A stretch of 64,000 nt of DNA from Pseudomonadota bacterium (GTDB taxonomy: Bacteria; Pseudomonadota; Alphaproteobacteria; Sphingomonadales; Sphingomonadaceae). The notes beneath the pieces were generated by a model, which was given only the letters and a program-made list of their open reading frames with translations, had not been told where the DNA came from and searched no databases. The stretch lies in NCBI GenBank assembly GCA_040385545.1, contig JAZKHF010000066.1, positions 375 through 64,374 of the forward strand, in the 5' to 3' direction. This document shows, piece by piece, positions 1 through 8,064 of the stretch. A program made the translations under genes and the position numbers. Numbering within the stretch: the stretch's first letter is position 1; every line of letters starts with the position of its first letter.

Positions 1-185
1 AACGATCGGCCGCGCGCCGTTCCGAAGATCTTCGCACCGCGATAGAGACTCCAAGCGCTCCGCCCGCACTACCGGCGCCAGGACCGGAATTACGTCGTGA
101 CGTGAGGGCCGGGACGCGCGCCGGCGTTAACGACGCGCTCGCCGACGTGGCGGCGGATGACGAAGGAACGGAGATCATTCGGTGA
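1..185 (+). CDS. 3' end of an upstream gene (partial)
   Basis: Frame open from base 3 (RSAARRSEDL...GTEIIR*); TGA 183-185 overlaps the endolysin GTG start. Confidence 0.55.
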   Translation, partial: RSAARRSEDLRTAIETPSAPPALPAPGPELRRDVRAGTRAGVNDALADVAADDEGTEIIR

Positions 186-898
186 GCCGCCTGGGCACCA
201 AGGCCGCGCTCGAGGAATTTCAAGAGCTCGAGTTTCGTCTTCGCGCGGCCGGGCTCTACTCAGGCCCGATCGACGACGATTGGGGCCAGGGCGTCAACGA
301 AGCGATCGACCGGCTATTCGCCAAGGCCGGCTTCGCCGCGGCAACACCACTCGACAAGGCTTTCAGCCGGCTCCCCCCAGGTTATGAGTGGCTTTCGTCC
401 GTCCAGCAGCTTCCACGGACCATCAGTGCCGCTTTGCCGCTGCTGGGCACGCTCGAGCTTGCCGGCTCGGCCAATTCACCCGTCATCATGGATTGGGCCA
501 ACGAAACCGGGCTCCGCAACGTCTACACGGCCGACAAGGTGCCGTGGTGTGGTCTCTTCATGGCGCTCGTTATCAAGCGCGCGGGTTACGAGATCCCGCA
601 AGGACCGCTCTGGGCGCTTAATTGGGCGAAGTTCGGCGTGTCGACCGGCCAGCCTGGTCTCGGCGACGTTGTATCGTTCACGCGTGACGGCGGCGGCCAC
701 GTCGCGCTCTACGTTGGCGAGGACAAGGGCCACTATCATATCCTCGGCGGTAATCAGTCCGATCGCGTAAGCATCAGCCGGATCGAGAAGAAGCGTCTCC
801 ACGCTGCGCGCCGGCCGAATTTCAAGGTTGCCCAGCCGGCGAGCGTTCGTCCGTATATTTTGACCGTTGGCGGCGCGGTGTCGCGCAACGAAGCATAG
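182..898 (+). CDS. Endolysin: peptidoglycan-binding N-terminus plus NlpC/P60-like (TIGR02594-type) domain
   Basis: GLYSGPIDDDWG binding-like motif; VPWCGLF, GGGHVALY and ILGGNQSD motifs. Confidence 0.88.
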   Translation: MSRLGTKAALEEFQELEFRLRAAGLYSGPIDDDWGQGVNEAIDRLFAKAGFAAATPLDKAFSRLPPGYEWLSSVQQLPRTISAALPLLGTLELAGSANSPVIMDWANETGLRNVYTADKVPWCGLFMALVIKRAGYEIPQGPLWALNWAKFGVSTGQPGLGDVVSFTRDGGGHVALYVGEDKGHYHILGGNQSDRVSISRIEKKRLHAARRPNFKVAQPASVRPYILTVGGAVSRNEA

Positions 899-907
899 GA
901 GAAGACC

Positions 908-1294
908 ATGAAGAAACTGCAGCTTTCGCTCGTCGTCGCTTCCAGCGTCGCGCTCACGTCATGTCTCGGCGCGGCCGTTGGTGCCGTTGGCGTTGCGTCG
1001 GACCTGATCGGCAAGGTCACGGCGGCCGGTGACGTCGTCCAGATCCGCGGCACTCAGGCGCTCATCATCGCCGAAGAGTTCTACCAGCCGGCAAACCGCC
1101 TGGCGCTGACGGCGGTTCGGAGCGGCGGGCTACCGGACGCGACCGTGCTCAGGATCCGCGATCTGAATCGCAAGATCACCGCGGCGTTCGTCGCCGGCAA
1201 GGAGGCGAAGACCGATGCCAGTCGCGCCGTCGAGGCCGCGAAGGCGATGACGAGCGTGCTCGAGCTCCGATCGCTGGTCGGATTGCCCAACTGA
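908..1294 (+). CDS. Lipoprotein in lysis cassette (spanin-like candidate)
   Basis: Signal peptide with lipobox LTSC; GGAGAAG RBS; directly follows endolysin. Confidence 0.6.
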   Translation: MKKLQLSLVVASSVALTSCLGAAVGAVGVASDLIGKVTAAGDVVQIRGTQALIIAEEFYQPANRLALTAVRSGGLPDATVLRIRDLNRKITAAFVAGKEAKTDASRAVEAAKAMTSVLELRSLVGLPN

Positions 1295-1321
1295 TCGAAC
1301 GAAGGAAGAGAGGGAGAGACG

Positions 1322-1555
1322 ATGACGTTTGAAGAGATCCTGGCGCTCGGCGCCAAAGCACAGCAGCTTGTCGGCGGCGCGCGCGACGCCTTCAAGGAAT
1401 TCAAGGATGCCTCGTCGAAGATCCGGCCTACGCTCGGGGACAAGGACCAGGCCAGTCTCGACGCTCGGCTCGAAGCGGTTCACGCCGAGACGCTGACCAT
1501 GAGCCAAGAGCTCGAGGACGCGGCGAACAAGCAGTTGGGGGCTAGTGGGCGGTAA
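1322..1555 (+). CDS. Small helical protein, lysis cassette
   Basis: Strong purine-rich RBS; last gene before terminator. Confidence 0.6.
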   Translation: MTFEEILALGAKAQQLVGGARDAFKEFKDASSKIRPTLGDKDQASLDARLEAVHAETLTMSQELEDAANKQLGASGR

Positions 1556-1576
1556 TAACCGCTAGTGCCAGATACG

Positions 1577-1615
1577 GAGAGGCCCGGCGCTGGGATGCAC
1601 CGGGCCTCTCTTTTT
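1577..1615 (+). terminator. Intrinsic terminator between convergent operons
   Basis: GAGAGGCCCGG...CCGGGCCTCTC hairpin followed by TTTTT. Confidence 0.85.
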
Positions 1616-1616
1616 G

Positions 1617-1841
1617 TCAGACGCGATCGCTGACGAATTCGAATTTCCGCAAGAAGTCGTCGATCCGGCGAACGAAGGTGAATTCGACCGTTTGATCGAT
1701 CGACGTGTAGCCGATGGCATCATGCCAGTTGGCGTCGCTAGGATCCTTCATCCGCAAGCGCTCCGTCTGTCTCACGACATATTTGGCATCCTTGTATGAC
1801 CAGACCTCACCTGGACCCGGTGCTCTTTGCTCTCCCATCAT
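1617..1841 (-). CDS. Hypothetical protein
   Basis: AAGGAGAAG RBS before ATG 1841; last gene of leftward operon. Confidence 0.6.
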   Translation of the reverse strand: MMGEQRAPGPGEVWSYKDAKYVVRQTERLRMKDPSDANWHDAIGYTSIDQTVEFTFVRRIDDFLRKFEFVSDRV

Positions 1842-2106
1842 CTTCTCCTTCGCCTTCCCGCGCGGCACGCTCGCCGCGGGTCTCGTTATGCTCGACGAAA
1901 TGGCGATCGTCGGGACTCAGCCCGTCGACCACCAGGTTCGCGTCTTCATCCGCCGGCGGTAGGCGGACCAGCACATAGTCGTTCGTCACCCGGCAAGCGC
2001 GCGCGATCGCTATCTTGCCCGTGGTGAGCTCAGTAGTTCGGACCTGGCGCAGCTGGCGCTCTTCCAACGACGGCAAGCGCCAGAATTCATCGCTTGTCTT
2101 TGACAA
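1807..2106 (-). CDS. Hypothetical protein
   Basis: Fills operon gap with overlapping neighbours. Confidence 0.45.
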   Translation of the reverse strand: MSKTSDEFWRLPSLEERQLRQVRTTELTTGKIAIARACRVTNDYVLVRLPPADEDANLVVDGLSPDDRHFVEHNETRGERAAREGEGEDDGRAKSTGSR

Positions 2107-2263
2107 CGTCCGCTCCCAGCACGAAGTCGCACCAATTGACCACTTGCTCAGCCGCCTCGCGCACCTGAGACGCGGTCAAGGTGGCCTTGCCCTCTGTCCA
2201 GTTCCGCAGCTGATGGATCGCGCGCAGATCTGTCGACGAGGTTTCGTCGCGTAGCTTCACCAT
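2087..2263 (-). CDS. Hypothetical protein
   Basis: TGATG coupling with the ASCH gene stop. Confidence 0.5.
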   Translation of the reverse strand: MVKLRDETSSTDLRAIHQLRNWTEGKATLTASQVREAAEQVVNWCDFVLGADVVKDKR

Positions 2264-2751
2264 CAGAGCGCGAGATCGGCCGGGACCGGCCAATTCCAAA
2301 GACCCTGATAGCCGCGCATCGGAATAGGGTCATCCCAGCGCTCGATTTCAAGCATCGGCCATCCCCAATTCGCGTGTTCGTCGCGATCGCTGTCGTTGAC
2401 TCGAGTCAAACCGAATTCCTCGGCGATCTCCGGGCCTGAGCGCGGTTCGCCGACGATTGCGGTGCCGATACCGGACGCCAGGGGTAAGCCGGTCGCGTTC
2501 CAGCGCGCTCTGAGCACGATTGGCTTGGCCAATTCTACGTGGAGACACGTCATGGCCGCTTGCTCACCACCGGCCTCGAGGTCCGCCAGCATTTCGGAGA
2601 GCTCAGACACTTTCGTCGGCCGCGAGGCGGCGTGGATGACGATCCGCTGGCCTATGACGCTGGCCGGCGGGCGCCAAGAGCGGAATTCGTATGGCTTGGC
2701 GCCTTCTATTACGAGCGAAGCCCAAGGTTGCCAGACGGTCAGGGTTTTCAC
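2263..2751 (-). CDS. ASCH (PUA-like) domain protein
   Basis: KTLTVWQPWASLVIEGAKPYEFRSW and IVIHAA signature; C-terminal RGYQGLW. Confidence 0.88.
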   Translation of the reverse strand: MKTLTVWQPWASLVIEGAKPYEFRSWRPPASVIGQRIVIHAASRPTKVSELSEMLADLEAGGEQAAMTCLHVELAKPIVLRARWNATGLPLASGIGTAIVGEPRSGPEIAEEFGLTRVNDSDRDEHANWGWPMLEIERWDDPIPMRGYQGLWNWPVPADLAL

Positions 2752-2759
2752 GGGCTCTC

Positions 2760-3749
2760 CTAATGACGAACGAACGAAATGGTGCGATCTGACGTCCAGC
2801 ACAGCGCGCAAGTGGCGCAGCAGCGCGCGGCATCGGTCTCAGCTGGGCAGCGGACGCCAGAGACGTCTTCCGGCCGCTCTACGACCTCGGAACAGTGCGT
2901 CTCGTAGCCGCCACCGCTGAAACGCATCCAGAAACGATCCTGGTGCTCGACCAGCGTGCGAAGGATGGCCATGCCGATCGGCTCGGACGCCTTGCGTGCG
3001 GTGAAACCGAAGATCCTGAGCGCGCGAAACTCCACGAGCGCCAATCGCCAGAATTCCACGTAAGCGATCGAGTAGAAATCGCCCAGGACGTGAAGACGGA
3101 CGAGGAAGCCGGCAGGGTGGGCGGCGTTGAGAGCGGCGAGCTCTGCCCAGATGCGCTTCGTCAGCGTGCCGTCGTCGTGGATTCGATGCGCGAACGGCAT
3201 ATTGTTGCCGTAGCACGTCGTCCATTCGAGGCAGGACCGTGGGCAAGTGTCGCGTTCCTCGAGAGTGAGGGTGAAGATCGGGATGCCGCGCCATTTCCCC
3301 TTGCCTACCTTGTCGCCGATCTTGCGGCTATTGTGACCCGATTTCAGGATCCGTTCGACCGTAGCGGCTGGTTTTACAGTGCTTGGGAAGAACGTCGTGG
3401 CCTTTCGAGACGCTGGATGGTGCGATTCGAGGACGATTTTCGGTCCTTTGTTGCTCACGACGCCCTCGAAGCGCCGATTTCCTGTGGAGTCGGGCTTCGG
3501 GGTCTTTTTTCGGCGCTTTCGTGTGCCTTTTCCAAGATTTCGCGTCGGAAGCCCCATTTTCGCCGCTGCGATGTAGATCGCGCCCGGCGAGGTCTCCATT
3601 TCGTCCGCAATCTGCTTCGTGGGCACCTTTTCGAGCCAAAGGCGCGTCAGCTGCTCTTTTCTGGCGCGATCCCACCGCCGCCACGGCCGACGGCGCCGGA
3701 TCTTGCCCGCGAAGGCCGTTTGCGGCCAATCTGGCGCCAATTCGGGCAT
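2760..3749 (-). CDS. GcrA-like HTH fused to Gp88-like Cys-rich (radical-SAM-like) domain
   Basis: N-terminal WDRARKEQLTRLWLEKVPTKQIADEM; TCPRSCLEWTTCY, VRLHVLGDF and C-terminal CCATCALC; TAATG coupling to upstream ATPase. Confidence 0.65.
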   Translation of the reverse strand: MPELAPDWPQTAFAGKIRRRRPWRRWDRARKEQLTRLWLEKVPTKQIADEMETSPGAIYIAAAKMGLPTRNLGKGTRKRRKKTPKPDSTGNRRFEGVVSNKGPKIVLESHHPASRKATTFFPSTVKPAATVERILKSGHNSRKIGDKVGKGKWRGIPIFTLTLEERDTCPRSCLEWTTCYGNNMPFAHRIHDDGTLTKRIWAELAALNAAHPAGFLVRLHVLGDFYSIAYVEFWRLALVEFRALRIFGFTARKASEPIGMAILRTLVEHQDRFWMRFSGGGYETHCSEVVERPEDVSGVRCPAETDAARCCATCALCWTSDRTISFVRH

Positions 3750-5428
3750 TATTTCTTGCCCGCATTGGGGAACAGCCAATCGGACGCTCTCAAATTACCT
3801 GGTGACGGGTAATCGATGGCTGTGAGCGTTTTCAGCGCGCCGCGCGCCTTCTGATAACTCGTCGAAAGCGGGGAATACTCGGATCGATCAGCGCATTCCT
3901 GGTTCGAAAGCGCTTCGGGATATACGTCCATCAATGCCTTGAGAATTCGCTGATGAGGCCCGCCGAGCTTACTCAGCACGCGGCGACGAAGTAGATCGCC
4001 GCTTGGCGCTTCGCCTGGACCCTCCGCTTCGGCCATGCCGAGATCGGTGAGCGAAATGCGGCCCGCGGACGGGTAATCGATCTTGCCGGCGGTTCGCAGC
4101 GCGCCCCTGGCCTTCTGGTAGCTGGTCGACTTGGGCGAATAGTTGGCGATGAACGCCACCTGTTCGTTGATCGGCTGGCCATGGCCAAGGACTTCCCACC
4201 AGGCCAGCGCATTGAGGATGCGCTGATGTGGCCCGCCAATGGTCTCGGCTGCAACAACCATCTGGTCTGCTGGCGTGTCGACCGCGATTCCCGCGACCGT
4301 GCCGCCGCCGTTCGGTTTCGGAACCACCTTGGTCTTCCCAACCAACTTCAATTCTTCGTCGATCATCGCCCGCACGCGCGTCAGGGCGAGCCGCGCACCG
4401 TTGGACTGTGCAGCCAGTAGAGCCGCCTCATCAACAGCTGGCGCGGGTAGAGGTTTTGGTGCCGGCGGTTGCGGCACCTTTTTCGCCACTTCGCGCGTGA
4501 GGCGGATGATTTCAGCCTTGAGCGCCGCTGGATCGTTCGCCTTCTGCTCTTCCTCGAGGCCGGCCAACTGTCCCTTCAAGGCGTCGATATTGAGCGGCTT
4601 GAGATCCCGCCGCTGCTTTCGTTCGCCGCGCTTCGGCGTGCGCGAGCTATCGAACGTCTTCTTCGGTGGGAAGGTGGCGGTTTCGAGGATTCCGCGGCCG
4701 GGAAGCCAGACGACGCCCTGGCCGCGTTGCATGGTCGGTAGCGAGGCGAGCATTTCCTTGCCAACCGCGCGATCCGCCTGTCCCTCGATCCAGCCGCCGA
4801 TAGCGTCGCGGTCCTGGCTGGCCATCAGCTTGAACGCAATGAGCCCGTCGGCCTGACTGAGCACGTCCTTTGACAGCACGGCCGGGCGCTGAGTGATAAG
4901 CCAGGGGATGAAGCCCTTGATCCGCCCGCGGCGCACGATCTCTTCCATGCGGCTCTGCAGCATCGGCTCCGTCGACCGTTGCGGCGCCCATAGGTCGGCT
5001 TCGTCGAAGACGACGTGGAAAGGATCTGCTTTCGACGGATTGGCCTTGCGGTAGAGCGAGTCCAGGAAGGCGAGCATGAAACGGCGTTCCGACGCCTTGG
5101 TGTGCATCCCGCCGAGACTGACAATGCAGCTTTCCTTCATGCCGGCCACGGTCTCGCCGATGAGGGCGCCAGCGTGGTCATTGAGCGGAATGTCCGCGTG
5201 GGCGCCGCCGAAGATAACGACGTTGTGCTTCGAAGGCTTCCCGTCGGCGGTGAGGCGAAGACCGAACCATACGTCGAGCGGATCGACGACGACGACGCGG
5301 GCGCCGCTTTCCAAAAGCCGCTCTACCGCGCCGCCAGCGCCGTATGTCTTTCCTGAGCCCGACGTGCCGACGAACGCCAGCCGGTCGTCCAGGGCTTCGT
5401 CAGGGATGGGGAATTCTCGTGTCGTCAT
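3749..5428 (-). CDS. HerA/FtsK-like (DUF87-type) P-loop ATPase with two C-terminal wHTH-like repeats
   Basis: Walker A GTSGSGKT, Walker B VVFDEAD, ITQRP; duplicated GGPHQRIL...STSYQKARGAL...IDYPS unit. Confidence 0.85.
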   Translation of the reverse strand: MTTREFPIPDEALDDRLAFVGTSGSGKTYGAGGAVERLLESGARVVVVDPLDVWFGLRLTADGKPSKHNVVIFGGAHADIPLNDHAGALIGETVAGMKESCIVSLGGMHTKASERRFMLAFLDSLYRKANPSKADPFHVVFDEADLWAPQRSTEPMLQSRMEEIVRRGRIKGFIPWLITQRPAVLSKDVLSQADGLIAFKLMASQDRDAIGGWIEGQADRAVGKEMLASLPTMQRGQGVVWLPGRGILETATFPPKKTFDSSRTPKRGERKQRRDLKPLNIDALKGQLAGLEEEQKANDPAALKAEIIRLTREVAKKVPQPPAPKPLPAPAVDEAALLAAQSNGARLALTRVRAMIDEELKLVGKTKVVPKPNGGGTVAGIAVDTPADQMVVAAETIGGPHQRILNALAWWEVLGHGQPINEQVAFIANYSPKSTSYQKARGALRTAGKIDYPSAGRISLTDLGMAEAEGPGEAPSGDLLRRRVLSKLGGPHQRILKALMDVYPEALSNQECADRSEYSPLSTSYQKARGALKTLTAIDYPSPGNLRASDWLFPNAGKK

Positions 5429-5440
5429 CTGCCCGTGCTC

Positions 5441-5752
5441 CTAATTCAGAGAAAGATTCCACGCTACCACCGCCATGAGGCCAATCGGGTAGATTGCTAA
5501 TACTATGAAGACTATGGGGCTGATGTAGAACGTATTCGGCTCATTGCCGTCGAAAGGCTCGTTCTGCTGCGTGCGCCACGTCCCTTCGTGCCATCGGAGC
5601 ACCCGGATCTTCATCTTCGTCTTCGGCTCGCCGCACTTCGGGCACACCGTAAGACGACTGCAACGGATAAAAGGTTGGGAAATATCGCCGAACGGAAATT
5701 TGTAGGACCAGCCGCAATCGCAAACGGCGCGCTCGTGGAACGGGCCGCTCAC
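5441..5752 (-). CDS. Zn-ribbon protein with C-terminal TM segment
   Basis: CDCG and CPKCG motifs, hydrophobic tail. Confidence 0.55.
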   Translation of the reverse strand: MSGPFHERAVCDCGWSYKFPFGDISQPFIRCSRLTVCPKCGEPKTKMKIRVLRWHEGTWRTQQNEPFDGNEPNTFYISPIVFIVLAIYPIGLMAVVAWNLSLN

Positions 5753-6144
5753 TTCTTAACCACGTCGGCAAATTCGGCTCGGCTTTCCGCAAGGTCGGCG
5801 ACAAGCTGGTCGATGCGTTGATCGACGATTGCTCCGAGTGCGTTCTTTAGCAGCTTAGCTTGCAAACTTTGCTCAAACATGTCCCCATCTGGCGTGCTCG
5901 GCTTTGCGTAGTGGAAGCATGGCCGGGCAATTTCAAATAACTCCGCCACCAGTTCCACCCTATCCCCTACAGCGTGAGAGGGTTCGAGAAACAACGGGCG
6001 AAGGCGACACATAAGGTTATCGACGGACTCATCCGACGCCGAACAGCCGTGTCCGGCAAGCCAGTCAGTGATTTCATCGCGCATCTCGTCTGTCATCTGC
6101 TCAGCCATTCGGCACCTCTTTTTCCGCGAGGGCGCGAGCAACAC
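5749..6144 (-). CDS. Hypothetical protein (start probably at internal MAEQ)
   Basis: ORF track; ends FADVVKK. Confidence 0.55.
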   Translation of the reverse strand: MLLAPSRKKRCRMAEQMTDEMRDEITDWLAGHGCSASDESVDNLMCRLRPLFLEPSHAVGDRVELVAELFEIARPCFHYAKPSTPDGDMFEQSLQAKLLKNALGAIVDQRIDQLVADLAESRAEFADVVKK

Positions 6145-6451
6145 GCATCACTGTATCGTTCGGCACGCCAAAGAGAGCCGTGATCGCTTGAACGCCGGGA
6201 TCGCTGTGATTTAGTAGTCTTTCGGTGATGAGGTTTCGGGCGCGCTCGATCATCTCATCTGTCGGCTTATCGGGCGTCAACTGGTGCAGTCCGGCTTCGC
6301 GTTCGGCCATTAGACCCGCATATTGCGGATCGCTGTGGTCAACCCGCGCATCGCATTTGAAGCACGTGAAATAGCCGACCGTTGGAGCATGGCCCCATTG
6401 ATGCGGCGGGCAAGGTTGAACGAACGTGATTGGTGTCGGCTTATCGGGCAT
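6101..6451 (-). CDS. Hypothetical protein
   Basis: GAAGGAAA RBS before MPDKPT; CxxC motif. Confidence 0.55.
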   Translation of the reverse strand: MPDKPTPITFVQPCPPHQWGHAPTVGYFTCFKCDARVDHSDPQYAGLMAEREAGLHQLTPDKPTDEMIERARNLITERLLNHSDPGVQAITALFGVPNDTVMRVARALAEKEVPNG

Positions 6452-6453
6452 GG

Positions 6454-6558
6454 TCAGGGTTTCCTTCGGAAGGAGGTGAACAGGAATATCCACACGATAG
6501 AGGCGCTACCGATACCGAGCATAAGGCCGAGGAGAAACATCTCGTGGAGGTCACTCAT
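6454..6558 (-). CDS. 34-aa single-TM peptide (below ORF-track cut-off)
   Basis: MSDLHEMFLLGLMLGIGSASIVWIFLFTSFRRKP*, GAAGGAAA RBS, fits the gap exactly. Confidence 0.6.
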   Translation of the reverse strand: MSDLHEMFLLGLMLGIGSASIVWIFLFTSFRRKP

Positions 6559-6591
6559 CAGGGTTTCCTTCCGGTGTAATGCTGGCAGGGG

Positions 6592-7158
6592 TCATTTCTT
6601 CACCACGTCGGCAAAGCGATCGTCCTGGCGCAGCACGCGCAGCATGGTTTCGAACGCACCGCCAATATCGTCAGCGCGCGCGTGCGGCACCTGGATCAGC
6701 ACCGCTTCCGGGAGCTCCGCCTTAATGTCGCCAGTGGGATAGCCCGTGATGCCGTGGAAATAGCGCACCAGGTCAAAATGGATTGCCTTGCCCGCCCAGA
6801 GCTCGATCGCGCCGAACATCGCGCGCGGCGCCTTCGTGTCCTCAGGGACTAACACCGCCTTGGCGGTTTCGCGATCGGCGGGCGAGCAAAGCAGCACCGG
6901 GCGATTCTCGGCGGCGAGGACGAAGGTGAAGACGGCTTGCGACTTCTGTTTCGCGTTCATTCGGTCGACATGGATTGGCACATGGCCGCGGAGCACCGCG
7001 TAGGCGGCTGGATGAAGGCCATCCGGATCCTCAACGGGCGTGACTGCGAACGGGAATGCGGCGCTCGAGGGCCCGCAAAGCTCGCGAATCCGGTTAGCGA
7101 TCGCGTCGACGTCGCCAGGAAGATTGCCGGTTGAAAACCAGCCGATCGAAACGCCCAT
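6592..7158 (-). CDS. Putative 2OG-Fe(II)/cupin-fold (DSBH) oxygenase-like protein
   Basis: PIHVD (HxD), hydrophobic strand VFTFVL, distal AGKAIHFD...YFHGI. Confidence 0.5.
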   Translation of the reverse strand: MGVSIGWFSTGNLPGDVDAIANRIRELCGPSSAAFPFAVTPVEDPDGLHPAAYAVLRGHVPIHVDRMNAKQKSQAVFTFVLAAENRPVLLCSPADRETAKAVLVPEDTKAPRAMFGAIELWAGKAIHFDLVRYFHGITGYPTGDIKAELPEAVLIQVPHARADDIGGAFETMLRVLRQDDRFADVVKK

Positions 7159-7159
7159 G

Positions 7160-7513
7160 CTAGGAACCTTTGAAGGCTTGGATGCCGACGGGATCATTCT
7201 TCCCATCCGCGATCGTGATGATGTGGAAGTTGCCGTGATGACCGGGGAGCTCACCCTGGGCGACGAGCTCCACGCTGTCGTCGAACGCCACGGTGTCCAT
7301 TGCGGCTCCCCATGCGCTTTCAATCCGACGGAACGGCTGGACGCGCCAGTTTGTCTCTCCCTCGTGGACGCTGATGACCGCACGGTGAGCGAAGAAACCA
7401 GCACGCCAGGCAACCGGGGTGAGGTTGAGCTTCGTCGCCCCAGCCCACAGCGTCGCCATCTTTTCGTGGATCTTCGCCGGGTTGGGGATCGCCACGATCA
7501 TCAGCTGCTCCAT
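7160..7513 (-). CDS. Hypothetical protein
   Basis: TGATG coupling to upstream gene. Confidence 0.55.
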   Translation of the reverse strand: MEQLMIVAIPNPAKIHEKMATLWAGATKLNLTPVAWRAGFFAHRAVISVHEGETNWRVQPFRRIESAWGAAMDTVAFDDSVELVAQGELPGHHGNFHIITIADGKNDPVGIQAFKGS

Positions 7514-7746
7514 CAGTCTTTGTCCGGCCCGCGAAGTGCACGATCGCGAGCGATGGTCTCCGCGACAGAGCGAACGACCGTCCACAGCGCCGCCGAACCC
7601 ACGAACCACGCCACGGTCATAAGGATCAAGGGCGTCCATTCGAAATTGGCGCCCATCAGCATGACGCCATAGTCCCAGGAAAGTTCGAGACCCTTGAACA
7701 TCAACAGGGCCATTGCGACACGCCAGAATTGCATATTTTCCTCCAT
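7513..7746 (-). CDS. Small membrane protein
   Basis: Two hydrophobic segments. Confidence 0.55.
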   Translation of the reverse strand: MEENMQFWRVAMALLMFKGLELSWDYGVMLMGANFEWTPLILMTVAWFVGSAALWTVVRSVAETIARDRALRGPDKD

Positions 7747-7809
7747 TGTCGGGCTCCCCGCCGCTTGACCGGACGGGGAGCCCTCAGACGCCCGAGCGCG
7801 CCTGTTCCT

Positions 7810-8064
7810 CTACCTGTTATCGCGAAACGTCAGCTGGTCGCGCGCCGGGACAGCGAATTCCTCGCGTGTCTTCGGATTGCGGCCGACTCGAGCGGCACGG
7901 CGTTTCTTCTGGAAGGTGCCAAAGCCGCGGATCGTCACGCGTTCGCCGGCATCCGTCAGCTTGGAAATGCTGTTGAGCACGGCGTCGACGGCCCTCTTGG
8001 CGGATTCAGGCGCCGCGAGCTCACCGCCCGCGGCCCGGACCTCATCAATCAGTTTTTTGGTCAT
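7810..8064 (-). CDS. hup: HU/IHF-family DNA-binding protein
   Basis: VTIRGFGTF...RAARVGRNPKT signature. Confidence 0.93.
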   Translation of the reverse strand: MTKKLIDEVRAAGGELAAPESAKRAVDAVLNSISKLTDAGERVTIRGFGTFQKKRRAARVGRNPKTREEFAVPARDQLTFRDNR

